Positions 44,132-53,634 of a DNA stretch of 64,000 bases are shown here, in pieces. The stretch is from Gammaproteobacteria bacterium (GTDB taxonomy: Bacteria > Pseudomonadota > Gammaproteobacteria > Steroidobacterales > Rariloculaceae), in NCBI GenBank assembly GCA_036396795.1, contig DASWKF010000017.1, positions 111,191-175,190 of the forward strand, given 5' to 3'. The position numbers and the translations under genes were made by a program. Position 1 is the first letter of the stretch. The number at the start of each line of letters is the position of its first letter. The notes beneath the pieces are model-generated. The model did no database searches, was not told the DNA's origin, and worked only from the letters and a program-made list of their open reading frames with translations.

Positions 44132-46243
44132 CTAGCCGCCGGCTCTTGCGGGGACCGCGCGTAATGCGCGGGCCATCTCGCCGCCCGTCTGATAGCGGTC
44201 CGCCGGCTGCTTGGCGAGCGCGCGATCGAGAATCTCATCTAGGTCGGGGGGCAGGTCAGCTCGAATCGTCGTCACAGGAACATGAGGTTCGTTGGTAATC
44301 ACGAACATGAGTTGAGTCATCGAGGTTCCCCGGAAGGGCAAGAGACTAGTCAGCAACTGGTATAGATTAACGCCCAACGCGAATAAGTCGGTGTGCCCGT
44401 TCACATTTTCCCCTTGAAGCTGCTCCGGGGACATGTACGAAGGCGTCCCGAGAACGATGCCCGTTCGAGTCCGGCTCACATCCATCAGCCGTGCGATCCC
44501 AAAGTCAGTGATCTTCAACGAATCCGTGGCAGAATCATACATAATATTGGCGGGCTTGATATCCCTGTGCACGACGTTCTGGCTGTGAGCATAGGCAAGC
44601 GCGTCGGCGGTGCGGGCCAGCAAGTCGAGCACCATCGGAATCGGCAGCAGCGTCTCTTTCTCGCAATGGTCGCTCAGGTGTATGCCGCAGACGTACTCCA
44701 TGGCGATGTAGGCGACGCCGCTTTCCTCGCCGACGTCGTAGATCGTGACGATGGAGGGGTGACTCAAGCGCCCGGCCGTCTCGGCCTCGCGGACGAATCG
44801 CCCGCGTGCCTCCTCCGCATAGCCGGGATCCAGCTCCTTCTCGAAGTGAATCGCCTTGATGGCGACGATGCGGTTGATCGCGGGGTCCCGACCGAGGTAG
44901 ACCACGCCCATCGCGCCGCGGCCGAGCCTGCCAAGTATCTGATAGCGGCCCAGGGTCTTGGGCATGTCGACGCCATGCGACGGACCCTGCTCCCGGCACG
45001 AGGCTGCGACCAGGCGCGCGGTGACGTCCTTGAAGCCGGCGTGGGCCTGCGCCATGCGATGGAAGAGGTCGGCGGCCTTCCGCGGCTCACCTTTGCCGGC
45101 CAGGGCATCGGCAAGCTCATAGAGATCGCCGAGCACGTCTTGGCGTATCGGCAGTCTCCTATAGACGGCCCAAGCCTGCTCGAGCGCGCCGGCGGACGCG
45201 AGGCGGCGTGCGTCCAGCAGCGTCTGATCTCCCGCGCCCCCGGCCAGCGCCGGCGCGGCTCTGCCACGGTCGCGGCTTGGGGTCAAACCGCTCAGCGCGA
45301 GCACCAGCAGGCTCGGGGCGGCGACCGGCAGCCACACGCCGGCTGCGGTAAATCCGAGAGCGCCCGCGGCCTGCAGGCCCAAAGCGCTGCCGATTGGGGC
45401 CAGCATCGTGCCCATGAGGCTCGGCGGTGCAAAGGCGATGGCCGCGACACAGGCCGCGCCGAGCAACCAAGCCAGGGCGTCCAACCATGGCCCGGTTCTG
45501 ACCCGGTGCTCCAGGCGGTATCCGGCCAAGCCGTGGGCGAGCAGCTCGGCGGGTGCAAGCGATCCCACCGGGGTCGGATACGGGGTCGCCTCGAGATCCC
45601 CGACGATGACGATCTTGTCCCTCAGGGCGTTGGGCTGGCCGCCGATCTCGTCGATGCCGATGGGCGCGAACGCGTCACGGTCGAAGAAGCGCAGCCAACG
45701 CCGGCCGAAGCGGTCCGCCTCGACGTCCTCGAGCCTGAGCACTGTCGCTCCGCGGCCTGCGTGCGCGGCGGGATTGGCCTTAAGCCAAGCGGCCGCCGCG
45801 AATGCCAGCGAGGGGGTGGGTGGGGCGCCGCCGAGAGAAGGGCGCTCGAAGCGAACCGTGCCGTCGATATCGGCGCGCGTCCAGAGGTAGCCGCCGTCAC
45901 GCCAGGCGGTTTCCCGCAATATCGGCATCGCCGCCGAGGCGACGGCCACCGGCCCGAGGGCAGCTCCCTTGCCTGGCAGGCTCGGCTTGTCGGCCAGCGT
46001 CGTGACTACGAGCCGGGCCGACTGCCAGGCCGCGGTCTCGAGCAGCGCCGTGTGCGAGCCCGCGCCGTGCACCTCGACGACGAGCATGTCTGTCGGTGCC
46101 GTCGGCGGAGCGAGGCGCGTCCAGAGGTCGAAAAGGGCGCGATCCAGCCTCTGAGGCAGCTCCAGCGGTGGCAGGCTCAACGCTCCGAGCAGGAGCAGGC
46201 CGAGCGATAGGATTTTCGGGATCGCTAAACGCAAGCTCAGCAC
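44132..46243 (-). CDS. Membrane sensor Ser/Thr protein kinase (CHASE2-like periplasmic domain, TM block, helical linker, C-terminal Hanks kinase)
   Basis: Kinase motifs GRGAMGVVY, AIKAI, HRDIKPANIM, DFGIA and SPEQ. The N-terminal half has a leader TM, an extracytoplasmic segment and a cluster of TM helices, as in CHASE2. Start set at GTG 46243 (TTG 46234 is also possible) to avoid overlapping radA. Confidence 0.85.
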   Translation of the reverse strand: MLSLRLAIPKILSLGLLLLGALSLPPLELPQRLDRALFDLWTRLAPPTAPTDMLVVEVHGAGSHTALLETAAWQSARLVVTTLADKPSLPGKGAALGPVAVASAAMPILRETAWRDGGYLWTRADIDGTVRFERPSLGGAPPTPSLAFAAAAWLKANPAAHAGRGATVLRLEDVEADRFGRRWLRFFDRDAFAPIGIDEIGGQPNALRDKIVIVGDLEATPYPTPVGSLAPAELLAHGLAGYRLEHRVRTGPWLDALAWLLGAACVAAIAFAPPSLMGTMLAPIGSALGLQAAGALGFTAAGVWLPVAAPSLLVLALSGLTPSRDRGRAAPALAGGAGDQTLLDARRLASAGALEQAWAVYRRLPIRQDVLGDLYELADALAGKGEPRKAADLFHRMAQAHAGFKDVTARLVAASCREQGPSHGVDMPKTLGRYQILGRLGRGAMGVVYLGRDPAINRIVAIKAIHFEKELDPGYAEEARGRFVREAETAGRLSHPSIVTIYDVGEESGVAYIAMEYVCGIHLSDHCEKETLLPIPMVLDLLARTADALAYAHSQNVVHRDIKPANIMYDSATDSLKITDFGIARLMDVSRTRTGIVLGTPSYMSPEQLQGENVNGHTDLFALGVNLYQLLTSLLPFRGTSMTQLMFVITNEPHVPVTTIRADLPPDLDEILDRALAKQPADRYQTGGEMARALRAVPARAGG

Positions 46244-46401
46244 CCCATCATGGGTATCCAGTGTCGGTGGTAGAGAAAGTATGCCAGTTGTCCCGGATCG
46301 CCCCTGTGATCCAGGACGCTTTTCCAGCGCAATTTCAAGGATTCTCGAGCCGCGACCGCCGCCTCGGCGATGTGCTCGGCGGGCGATGCTATGCTTGCCC
46401 G

Positions 46402-47763
46402 GTGAGTCGCTCGAAGCGCATCTACACCTGCGGCGAATGTGGGGCGCAGCACCTGAAGTGGCAGGGACAGTGTCCCGATTGCGGCTCATGGAACGCGCTG
46501 GCGGAAACCCGTGGGCCGGCGAAGCGCGACTCGGCGCCGATCCCTCGAGCGGCTCAGTTGCAGCGAACCCGGCTCGACGGCCTCGCGGTCGAGGAGACGG
46601 TGCGGCTGTCGAGCGGCCTCGCCGAGCTCGACCGTGTGCTCGGTGGCGGGCTGGTTCCCGGCGTGGTCGTGCTGATCGGCGGTGACCCCGGCATCGGCAA
46701 GTCGACCTTGCTGCTCGACTCCGCGGCGCGTATCTCCGCCTGCGCCCGCGTCTGTTACGTTACCGGCGAGGAATCGCTCGAGCAGATCGGTCTTCGCGCG
46801 GCGCGGCTCGGCGTCGCCAAGGCGCCGCTCGAGCTCCTCTCCGAGACCTGCGTCGAGGCCGTCATCGAGGCGCTCGGAGAGGATCCTCCGCGCGTGCTGG
46901 TCATCGACTCCATTCAAACCCTCTACAGCGAGCAGCTCGAATCGGCGCCGGGCTCCGTCAGTCAGCTGCGCGAGACCGCGGCACAGCTCGTCCGCTTCGC
47001 CAAGCAGCGCGGCGTCGCGACCTTTCTCGTCGGGCACGTGACCAAGGAAGGCACGCTCGCGGGACCGCGAGTGCTCGAGCATATGGTCGATACCGTGCTT
47101 TATTTCGAGACGGATCTCGGCAGTCGCTTCCGGATCATTCGTGCCGTGAAGAACCGCTTCGGCGCCGCCAACGAGATGGGCTTCTTCGTGATGGACGAGC
47201 GCGGCTTCAAGGAGGTGCGCAACCCGTCGGCGATCTTTCTGGCGCGGCGCGCCGAGCCCGTTGCCGGCAGCGTCACGCTCGTGACCCGGGAAAGCACGCG
47301 CGCGCTGTTGGTGGAGGTGCAGGCGCTCGTCGATACGATTCCGGGGAGCACGCCGCGCAGGGTGGCGCAAGGGCTCGACGGGCAGCGGCTGAGCCTGCTG
47401 CTGGCGGTCGCGCATCGCCACTGCCGGGTCAACCTCGGTGACCGCGACGTTTTCGTCAACGTCGTCGGCGGTCTTAGGGTCGCGGAGACCGCGGCGGACC
47501 TCGCCGTGATACTCGCCGTGCTGTCGAGCTGGTCCGGCTGTGCCTTGCCCGGCCATCTCGCGGTTTTCGGCGAGCTCGGCTTGACGGGCGAGGTGCGTCC
47601 GGTGCCTTTCGGCGAGGAGCGTGTGCTCGAGGCGCACAAGCACGGTTTCAGCAAGGTGCTGTTGCCCAAGGCCAACCGGCCGCGGCAGCCGCCCGAGGGC
47701 GTGGAGGTCGTGGTCGTAGAGCAGCTGGCCGAGGCGTTCGCCGCGGCCGGGCTCGGAGTTTAG
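46402..47763 (+). CDS. radA: DNA repair protein RadA
   Basis: ORF trimmed to GTG 46402. N-terminal zinc ribbon YTCGECGAQHLKWQGQCPDCGSWN, Walker A GDPGIGKST, the KNRFG motif and a Lon-like C-terminal domain. Confidence 0.9.
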   Translation: MSRSKRIYTCGECGAQHLKWQGQCPDCGSWNALAETRGPAKRDSAPIPRAAQLQRTRLDGLAVEETVRLSSGLAELDRVLGGGLVPGVVVLIGGDPGIGKSTLLLDSAARISACARVCYVTGEESLEQIGLRAARLGVAKAPLELLSETCVEAVIEALGEDPPRVLVIDSIQTLYSEQLESAPGSVSQLRETAAQLVRFAKQRGVATFLVGHVTKEGTLAGPRVLEHMVDTVLYFETDLGSRFRIIRAVKNRFGAANEMGFFVMDERGFKEVRNPSAIFLARRAEPVAGSVTLVTRESTRALLVEVQALVDTIPGSTPRRVAQGLDGQRLSLLLAVAHRHCRVNLGDRDVFVNVVGGLRVAETAADLAVILAVLSSWSGCALPGHLAVFGELGLTGEVRPVPFGEERVLEAHKHGFSKVLLPKANRPRQPPEGVEVVVVEQLAEAFAAAGLGV

Positions 47764-49055
47764 CCGATGGCGCTGAGCCGCGGCTCGACGGCCGGGCGTT
47801 TCGGCACCGTGATACGCACGCGCTTGATGGCGTGCTCGCTGGTTTCGAGTATCTCGAGCTGGTAACCCGCCAGCGTCAGCTTGGCGCCCGAGTCGGGAAT
47901 GGTTTCGAGCTGCTCGACGATGAGCCCGTTCAAGGTTTTCGGGCCGTCTGTCGGCAGGTCCCAGGTCATGAGGCGGTTGAGCTGGCGAATGTTGACGCTG
48001 GCGTCGACGACGAACACGTTGTCTTGCTCCTGTTTGACCTCGGGGCCGATCGAGCCGGGCTCGGTGTCGAACTCGCCGACGATCTCGCGAAGCACGTCTT
48101 CCGTCGTCACCAGTCCTTGAACGTCGCCGTATTCGTCGACCGCAAACGCGAACCTCTGCTTCAAGCGCTCGAAATTCACGAGCTGCTTGTTCAGCGGCGT
48201 CCCCTCGGGAACGAAGTACGGCTCCTCGGTGTTCGCGAGCAGCAGCTCCTGGTTCAATTTTCCCTGGGCGAGATCGGGCAGAATGCTCCTCAGGTGGACG
48301 ACGCCGACGATATTCTCGATATCGCCGCGGTAGACGGGCAGGCGGCTGTAACGACTCTTGCGAATCAAGCCCAGGTTGTCCTCCCACGTCTCATCGAGAT
48401 CGATGCCGACGATCTCTTGCCGCGGAACCATGACGTCGTCGACGGTAATCTCGCCGAGATCGAGGATGCTCAACAGCATGCGTTTGTGGCGCCGCGGCAT
48501 CATGCTGCCGGCCTCCGCGACCAGGGTCCTGAGCTCCGCTTCACTGAGCGCGTCGTTGTAGTCGCGATCCCCACGTATGCCGATCAGCCACAGCAGGCCG
48601 CCGGCGAGGAAGCTGATGACCCAGACGAGCGGATAAGCGATCTTGAGCAACGGGTAGTAGATCAGCGCCGCGGGCAGAGCGATTTTTGACGGGTAGCGGG
48701 CCGCGATCGTCTTCGGCGTCACTTCCGCGAAGATCAACACTACGACGGTCAGAATCAGCGTCGCCACGAAGATGGCCGCCTCGCCGCCGAGCCGGATCGC
48801 GATCACCGTCACCAGGGCGGCTGCGGCCAGGTTGACCGCATTATTGCCGAGCAGGATGAGGCCGATGAGGCGCTCGGGGCGCTGCAGCAACTTCTCGGTG
48901 AGACGCGCGGCATGATTGCCCGATCGTGCCCGATGCCGCAATCGATAGCGGTTCAGGCTCATCAGGGCGGTTTCCGTGCTGGAGAAGAACGCAGACAGAA
49001 GGAGCAAAACGATGAGTAGGCCGAATAGCAGGCCTAACGGAACGTCTTCACTCAA
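47760..49055 (-). CDS. HlyC/CorC-family transporter (DUF21-CBS pair-CorC_HlyC)
   Basis: 431 aa. N-terminal 4-TM DUF21, a CBS pair and a C-terminal transporter-associated domain. Its stop overlaps the radA stop by 4 nt (convergent). Confidence 0.9.
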   Translation of the reverse strand: MSEDVPLGLLFGLLIVLLLLSAFFSSTETALMSLNRYRLRHRARSGNHAARLTEKLLQRPERLIGLILLGNNAVNLAAAALVTVIAIRLGGEAAIFVATLILTVVVLIFAEVTPKTIAARYPSKIALPAALIYYPLLKIAYPLVWVISFLAGGLLWLIGIRGDRDYNDALSEAELRTLVAEAGSMMPRRHKRMLLSILDLGEITVDDVMVPRQEIVGIDLDETWEDNLGLIRKSRYSRLPVYRGDIENIVGVVHLRSILPDLAQGKLNQELLLANTEEPYFVPEGTPLNKQLVNFERLKQRFAFAVDEYGDVQGLVTTEDVLREIVGEFDTEPGSIGPEVKQEQDNVFVVDASVNIRQLNRLMTWDLPTDGPKTLNGLIVEQLETIPDSGAKLTLAGYQLEILETSEHAIKRVRITVPKRPAVEPRLSAIG

Positions 49056-49216
49056 AAAAGGTGATCCTCCCGGTACACGATAGATTCCGTAGATTGGGGG
49101 GCATCCGCGGCAGTGTCAAGGACGTCCCCGCGGGTTTCGGCCTCGGGCCTCGCCGCCTCAGGGCCCGCGTGCTAGGCTGGCGGGCCGATCGCGGCAGCTG
49201 CAGCACTCAAGCACAC

Positions 49217-50575
49217 ATGTTTCAGTCCTTGACAGAAAGGCTCAGCCTTGCGGTGCGGAACCTCACCGGCCGCGGACGCATCAGCGAGGACAACGTTCGC
49301 GATACGGTTCGCAAGATCCGCATGGCGCTGCTCGAGGCCGACGTAGCCCTGCCGGTCGCGAAAGGCCTGGTCGACCGAGTCCGCGAGCGCGCCTTGGGTG
49401 CCGAAGTCGCCAGGAGCCTCGATCCCGGGCAGGCGTTCGTCAAAATCGTCCATGACGAGCTCGTCGCGGTGCTGGGTGGCGAGGAAGCCGGCCTCAAGCG
49501 CTCGGGCCGGCCCAGCGTGATCATGCTCGTCGGCCTGCAGGGCGCGGGCAAGACGACGACCGCGGCGAAGCTCGCCAAGCGCTTGACCGAGCGCAGCAAG
49601 GAGCGCGTGCTGCTCGTGAGCACCGACGTCTACCGGCCGGCCGCGCGCGCGCAGCTTGCGACGCTTGCGCGCGACCTCGGCGTCGAGTGCGTCGAACCCG
49701 GGAGCGCGGAACCCGTGGCGATTGCTCAGGCGGCGCTCGCTCACGCCCGCAGCGGCGGACATGCCTGGCTCATCGTCGACACCGCCGGCCGGCTGCACGT
49801 CGATCGACAGATGATGGCCGAAGCCGCCGCGATACGCGCTGCGGTCGATCCCGCGGAGACCTTGTTCATCGTCGATGCGATGGCCGGTCAGGATGCGGTG
49901 AACTCGGCGCGCGCCTTTCACGAATCGGTGCCGTTGACCGGAGCGATTCTGACCAAGGCCGACGGCGACGCGCGCGGTGGCGTCGCGCTATCGGTTCGGG
50001 AAGCCACCGGTGTGCCGATCAAGCTCGTCGGCACCGGTGAAAAGCTCGACGCCCTCGACGACTTCGTGCCCAAGCGCATGGCCTCGAGGATCTTAGGCAT
50101 GGGCGACATGGTCGGATTCGTCGAGAGCGTGCAACGCCAGGCCGACGAGCAGGTGGCGCAGAAAATAGCGACGAAGATCAAGCGTGGCCGCGAGCTCGAT
50201 CTCGTCGACTTGCGCAGTCAGCTGGAGCAGATCCAAGCGCTCGGCGGCATCGGCAGCCTGCTCGACAAGCTGCCCGGCGTGAATCCCGCCGCGCTGCAGG
50301 CATCGGGCTTCGACGAGCGTCAGATTCGCAGGCAGATCGGGATCATCAATTCGATGACGCCGCGGGAGCGACGCCATCCGGCGCTCATCGACGGCTCGCG
50401 CAAGCGCCGCATCGCTGCCGGCGCGGGCCTGAGCCTTCAGGACGTGAATCGCTTACTGAAGCAGCACAAGCTGTTGGCCAAGACGATGAAGCGCGTGTCG
50501 AAGGGGGGCGGCATGCAGCAGCTGCTCGAGAACGTGCGCCGCCCGCGCGACGGATTCCCGGGCGGCCGCCGCTAG
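49217..50575 (+). CDS. ffh: Signal recognition particle protein Ffh
   Basis: ORF trimmed to ATG 49217 (MFQSLTERLS...). GLQGAGKTTT, DTAGR and TKADGDARGG motifs, plus an M-domain. Confidence 0.95.
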   Translation: MFQSLTERLSLAVRNLTGRGRISEDNVRDTVRKIRMALLEADVALPVAKGLVDRVRERALGAEVARSLDPGQAFVKIVHDELVAVLGGEEAGLKRSGRPSVIMLVGLQGAGKTTTAAKLAKRLTERSKERVLLVSTDVYRPAARAQLATLARDLGVECVEPGSAEPVAIAQAALAHARSGGHAWLIVDTAGRLHVDRQMMAEAAAIRAAVDPAETLFIVDAMAGQDAVNSARAFHESVPLTGAILTKADGDARGGVALSVREATGVPIKLVGTGEKLDALDDFVPKRMASRILGMGDMVGFVESVQRQADEQVAQKIATKIKRGRELDLVDLRSQLEQIQALGGIGSLLDKLPGVNPAALQASGFDERQIRRQIGIINSMTPRERRHPALIDGSRKRRIAAGAGLSLQDVNRLLKQHKLLAKTMKRVSKGGGMQQLLENVRRPRDGFPGGRR

Positions 50576-50603
50576 GCGAGCAGAGCGGGCGGCGGCCTAA
50601 AGG

Positions 50604-50632
50604 CTTCTTTTTGGGCGCAAATACAGTAGAAT
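50604..50632 (+). promoter_or_regulatory. Candidate promoter for rpsP-rimM-trmD-rplS
   Basis: TAGAAT at 50627-50632 in the context TACAGTAGAATGCGCGG, with a GC-rich discriminator. The -35 is weak (TTCTTT/CTTCTT). Confidence 0.3.
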
Positions 50633-50704
50633 GCGCGGTCCTGGGCGACGGTCGGGTGATGCGGCCGTTTCAGTTTAAAGATCAAGACGTTACGAGACCA
50701 ATCT

Positions 50705-50959
50705 ATGGTGTGTATCCGGCTGTCGCGCGGCGGCGCCAAGAAACGCCCGTTCTACCACATCGTGGTGACGGACCGCCGAAGCCGTAGGGATGGCCGCTAT
50801 CTGGAGCGCCTCGGCTTCTTCAATCCGATCGCCACGGGCGGCGAGGCGAAGCTCACGATAGACCTCCTGCGCGCCGACTACTGGCTGGCGCAGGGAGCGC
50901 AGCCGTCGCAAAGGGTCGTGGCGTTGATGAAGGAATACCGAGGCACGCAGGCCTCGTAG
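50705..50959 (+). CDS. rpsP: 30S ribosomal protein S16
   Basis: [23 protein letters not shown]... is canonical S16. Confidence 0.95.
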   Translation: MVCIRLSRGGAKKRPFYHIVVTDRRSRRDGRYLERLGFFNPIATGGEAKLTIDLLRADYWLAQGAQPSQRVVALMKEYRGTQAS

Positions 50960-50990
50960 CCGATTGGCTTTTTGCGGCGGGGCACATGCC

Positions 50991-51503
50991 GTGAACCTCG
51001 CTTCCGACAAACTGGTGACGCTCGGTGTCGTGCTCGGCGCTTGGGGCGTCAAAGGTTGGGTGAGGATTCGATCCTTTACCGAGCCGCGCGAGAATATCAT
51101 CGGCTTTGCCGACTGGATTGTGCGGCGGGGGGCCGAACAACGCAGCACGCGCATCGAGACCGGCAAGACCCACGGCCGCGCCGTCGTCGTCAAGCTCGAG
51201 GGTATCGACGATCGAGCCGCAGCGGAGCAGCTGGCGGGCTGGGAGATTCTCGTGACGCGAACGGCGATGGCGCCCTGCGAGCCGGGTGAATATTACTGGG
51301 CGGACCTGGAAGGCAAGCGCGTCCTGACGACGCACGGCGATGAACTCGGTCGCGTCGCCCACTTGTTGGAGACGGGTAGCAATGACGTCATGGTCGTCGC
51401 GGGCGAGCGAGAGAGGTTGATCCCCTTCATCAAGGACACCGTCGTGCGCACCGTCGATCTCGCGGAAGGCGTGATCGTCGTCGACTGGGATCCGGCGTTT
51501 TAG
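50991..51503 (+). CDS. rimM: Ribosome maturation factor RimM
   Basis: LGVVLGAWGVKGWVRIRSFTEP and a PRC-barrel C-terminus. The start is either GTG 50991 (GGCGGGG upstream) or TTG 50964. Confidence 0.85.
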   Translation: MNLASDKLVTLGVVLGAWGVKGWVRIRSFTEPRENIIGFADWIVRRGAEQRSTRIETGKTHGRAVVVKLEGIDDRAAAEQLAGWEILVTRTAMAPCEPGEYYWADLEGKRVLTTHGDELGRVAHLLETGSNDVMVVAGERERLIPFIKDTVVRTVDLAEGVIVVDWDPAF

Positions 51504-51514
51504 AGGCAGATCGA

Positions 51515-52324
51515 ATGTATGACGTGCGCGTTGTTTCGCTCCTTCCCGAGCTGGTCGAACCGGTAGCTCGATGCGGCGTCGTCGGCCGAGCGTGCGAGCG
51601 GAATTTGCTCAAGATCACGCACGTGTCGCCGCGCGACTTCGTCGCGGACGTACACCGCACGGTCGACGACCGGCCCTACGGTGGAGGGCCCGGCATGGTC
51701 CTCAAGTATGAGCCGCTGCGCGACGCGATTCGCGCCGCCGGGCGAGATCTGCCTGCGGGCAGCCGGACTTTCCTCCTCAGCGCCCAGGGGCGTCCTCTGG
51801 ACCAGACGCTCGTCGAAGAGCTCGCCGCGGCGCAGGGACTGCTGCTGGTAGCGGGCCGCTACGAAGGGGTCGACGAGCGCATCATCGAAAGCGAGGCGCT
51901 GACGGAGCTGTCCGTCGGCCCGTACGTGTTGAGCGGCGGAGAGATCGCCGCCGCCGTCGTCATCGATGCCGTGGCGCGGCTGTTGCCGGGCGTGCTCGGA
52001 CACGAGGATTCGGCGCGCGAGGAATCGTATACCACGGGGCTCTTGGACTATCCGCAGTACACGCGGCCGGAGTGCGTGGACGGGCTCAGCGTTCCCCAGG
52101 TCCTGCTTCAAGGTCACCATGAGGCGATTCGCCGCTGGCGGCTCAAGCAGGCCTTGGGGCGAACCTGGCAGCGGCGGCCGCTGCTGTTGCAGCACCGCCA
52201 GCTCACGCCGGAGGAACGCAGTTTGCTGCAAGAGTTCATCGCCGAGCACGAGCCGGGAGAAGGGCGCCGTGCTGTTGCGAACGGTAGTGCGATAGCCGTA
52301 GCCATGGAGACGGACTCGCGGTAA
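51515..52324 (+). CDS. trmD: tRNA (guanine37-N1)-methyltransferase TrmD
   Basis: VDDRPYGGGPGMVL, GRYEGVDERI and SVGPYVLSGGE motifs. Confidence 0.95.
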   Translation: MYDVRVVSLLPELVEPVARCGVVGRACERNLLKITHVSPRDFVADVHRTVDDRPYGGGPGMVLKYEPLRDAIRAAGRDLPAGSRTFLLSAQGRPLDQTLVEELAAAQGLLLVAGRYEGVDERIIESEALTELSVGPYVLSGGEIAAAVVIDAVARLLPGVLGHEDSAREESYTTGLLDYPQYTRPECVDGLSVPQVLLQGHHEAIRRWRLKQALGRTWQRRPLLLQHRQLTPEERSLLQEFIAEHEPGEGRRAVANGSAIAVAMETDSR

Positions 52325-52381
52325 CCTCACGGCCGAGGAAAGCATTGACGCGCCTTGCGCGAAGAACGGAAGGATTGAGCC

Positions 52382-52726
52382 ATGTCAAAAGTGATCAACG
52401 AGCTCGAGCAGGAGCAGCTCAAGAAGGACGTGCCCGACTTCGCGCCGGGCGATACCGTTGTGGTCCAGGTCCGCGTGAAGGAAGGCGATCGTGAGCGCTT
52501 GCAAGGCTACGAAGGTATCGTGATCGCGAAGCGAAACCGCGGACTAAACTCATCCTTCACCGTCAGGAAGGTCTCGCATGGGGAGGGCGTCGAGCGCGTG
52601 TTCCAAACTCACAGCCCCGCGATCGCAAGCATCGAGCTCAAGCGGCGAGGCGACGTGCGCCGGGCGAAGCTCTATTATTTGAGAGCGCGCAGCGGCAAGT
52701 CGGCGCGAATCAAGGAAAAGCTCTAG
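52382..52726 (+). CDS. rplS: 50S ribosomal protein L19
   Basis: [45 protein letters not shown] is canonical L19. Confidence 0.95.
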   Translation: MSKVINELEQEQLKKDVPDFAPGDTVVVQVRVKEGDRERLQGYEGIVIAKRNRGLNSSFTVRKVSHGEGVERVFQTHSPAIASIELKRRGDVRRAKLYYLRARSGKSARIKEKL

Positions 52727-52734
52727 CAAACCGG

Positions 52735-53634
52735 ATGCCCGGCGCGGTGACGATACCCGCTCGTCCTGCTTCGACGCTGAACTTTCTGGCTTCGCTCGCG
52801 AGCACCGCAGGGCTCGTGGCAGTGCTGCTGTCCAGCGGCGGTTGCGCCGCTTACGTCGGCGCCCGCGCGGGTGACACCTTGTCCGCGGCCGTGCTCAATC
52901 AAGACGATCCCGCCATCGTCGCCGCGGGGCTTCCGGCGTATCTTCTCATCGTCGACGGGCTGATCGCCGACGATCCCGATAACGCTGCACTGCTTTCCGG
53001 CGGCGCGCAGCTGTTTGCGCTGTACGCATCCCGCTTCGAGCCCGAGCCTCAGCATGCGGAGGTTCTTGCCGCCAAGGCGCGGCGTTACGGAGCGCGCGCG
53101 TTGTGCGTCGAGCATCCGCCTGCGTGCCATTGGGCCGGCATGATCTATGACGATTTCGTTGCGGGGCTCGCGGAGCTGCGGCGTCGCGATGCGGACGCCC
53201 TCTATGCCTACGCCGTGAGTTGGCTGAGCCACTTGGCCGTCACCAGCAGCGACTGGACCGCTGTCGCCGAGCTGCCGTGGGTGCAGGCGGCATTGCAACG
53301 TCTGCTCACGCTCGACGAGACTTACGACGGCGGCGGTGTTCACGTCTATCTGGGCATCCTGAATTCCCTGCGACCGCCGGCGCTCGGTGGCCTGCCGGAA
53401 GTGGCAAAAGCTCATTTTGAGAGATCCATCGCGTTATCCGGCGGAACGGATCTCGCCGCCAAGGTAGAATACGCGCGGCACTATGCGCGCTTGACGTTCG
53501 ACCAGGAGCTACACGATCGGTTGCTCAGGGAGGTGCTGGCGTCGCCGGTGAGGGTCAGCGGCAGAACGCTTCTCAACGTGCTGGCCCAAAGGGACGCGGC
53601 GGAACTACTCGAGACCTCAGGGGAGTATTTCTGA
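52735..53634 (+). CDS. TRAP-transporter-associated TatT-family (TPR-like) lipoprotein
   Basis: Lipobox-like LLSSGGC. The C-terminal GGGVHVYLGILNSLRPPALGG...AKAHFERSIALSGG...VEYARHYA pattern is recalled from the TatT family. Directly followed by TRAP P, Q and M genes. Confidence 0.7.
   Translation: MPGAVTIPARPASTLNFLASLASTAGLVAVLLSSGGCAAYVGARAGDTLSAAVLNQDDPAIVAAGLPAYLLIVDGLIADDPDNAALLSGGAQLFALYASRFEPEPQHAEVLAAKARRYGARALCVEHPPACHWAGMIYDDFVAGLAELRRRDADALYAYAVSWLSHLAVTSSDWTAVAELPWVQAALQRLLTLDETYDGGGVHVYLGILNSLRPPALGGLPEVAKAHFERSIALSGGTDLAAKVEYARHYARLTFDQELHDRLLREVLASPVRVSGRTLLNVLAQRDAAELLETSGEYF

Noticed and set aside
44393-46210. 605-aa plus-strand ORF
   Set aside because: Antisense to the Ser/Thr kinase gene, whose Hanks motifs are unambiguous. 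The translation is Arg-rich without motifs.
46486-48387. 633-aa minus-strand ORF spanning radA and part of the CorC gene
   Set aside because: Extremely Arg/Gly/Pro-rich translation. It is antisense to radA and out of frame with the CorC-family gene, both strongly supported. GC-driven open frame.
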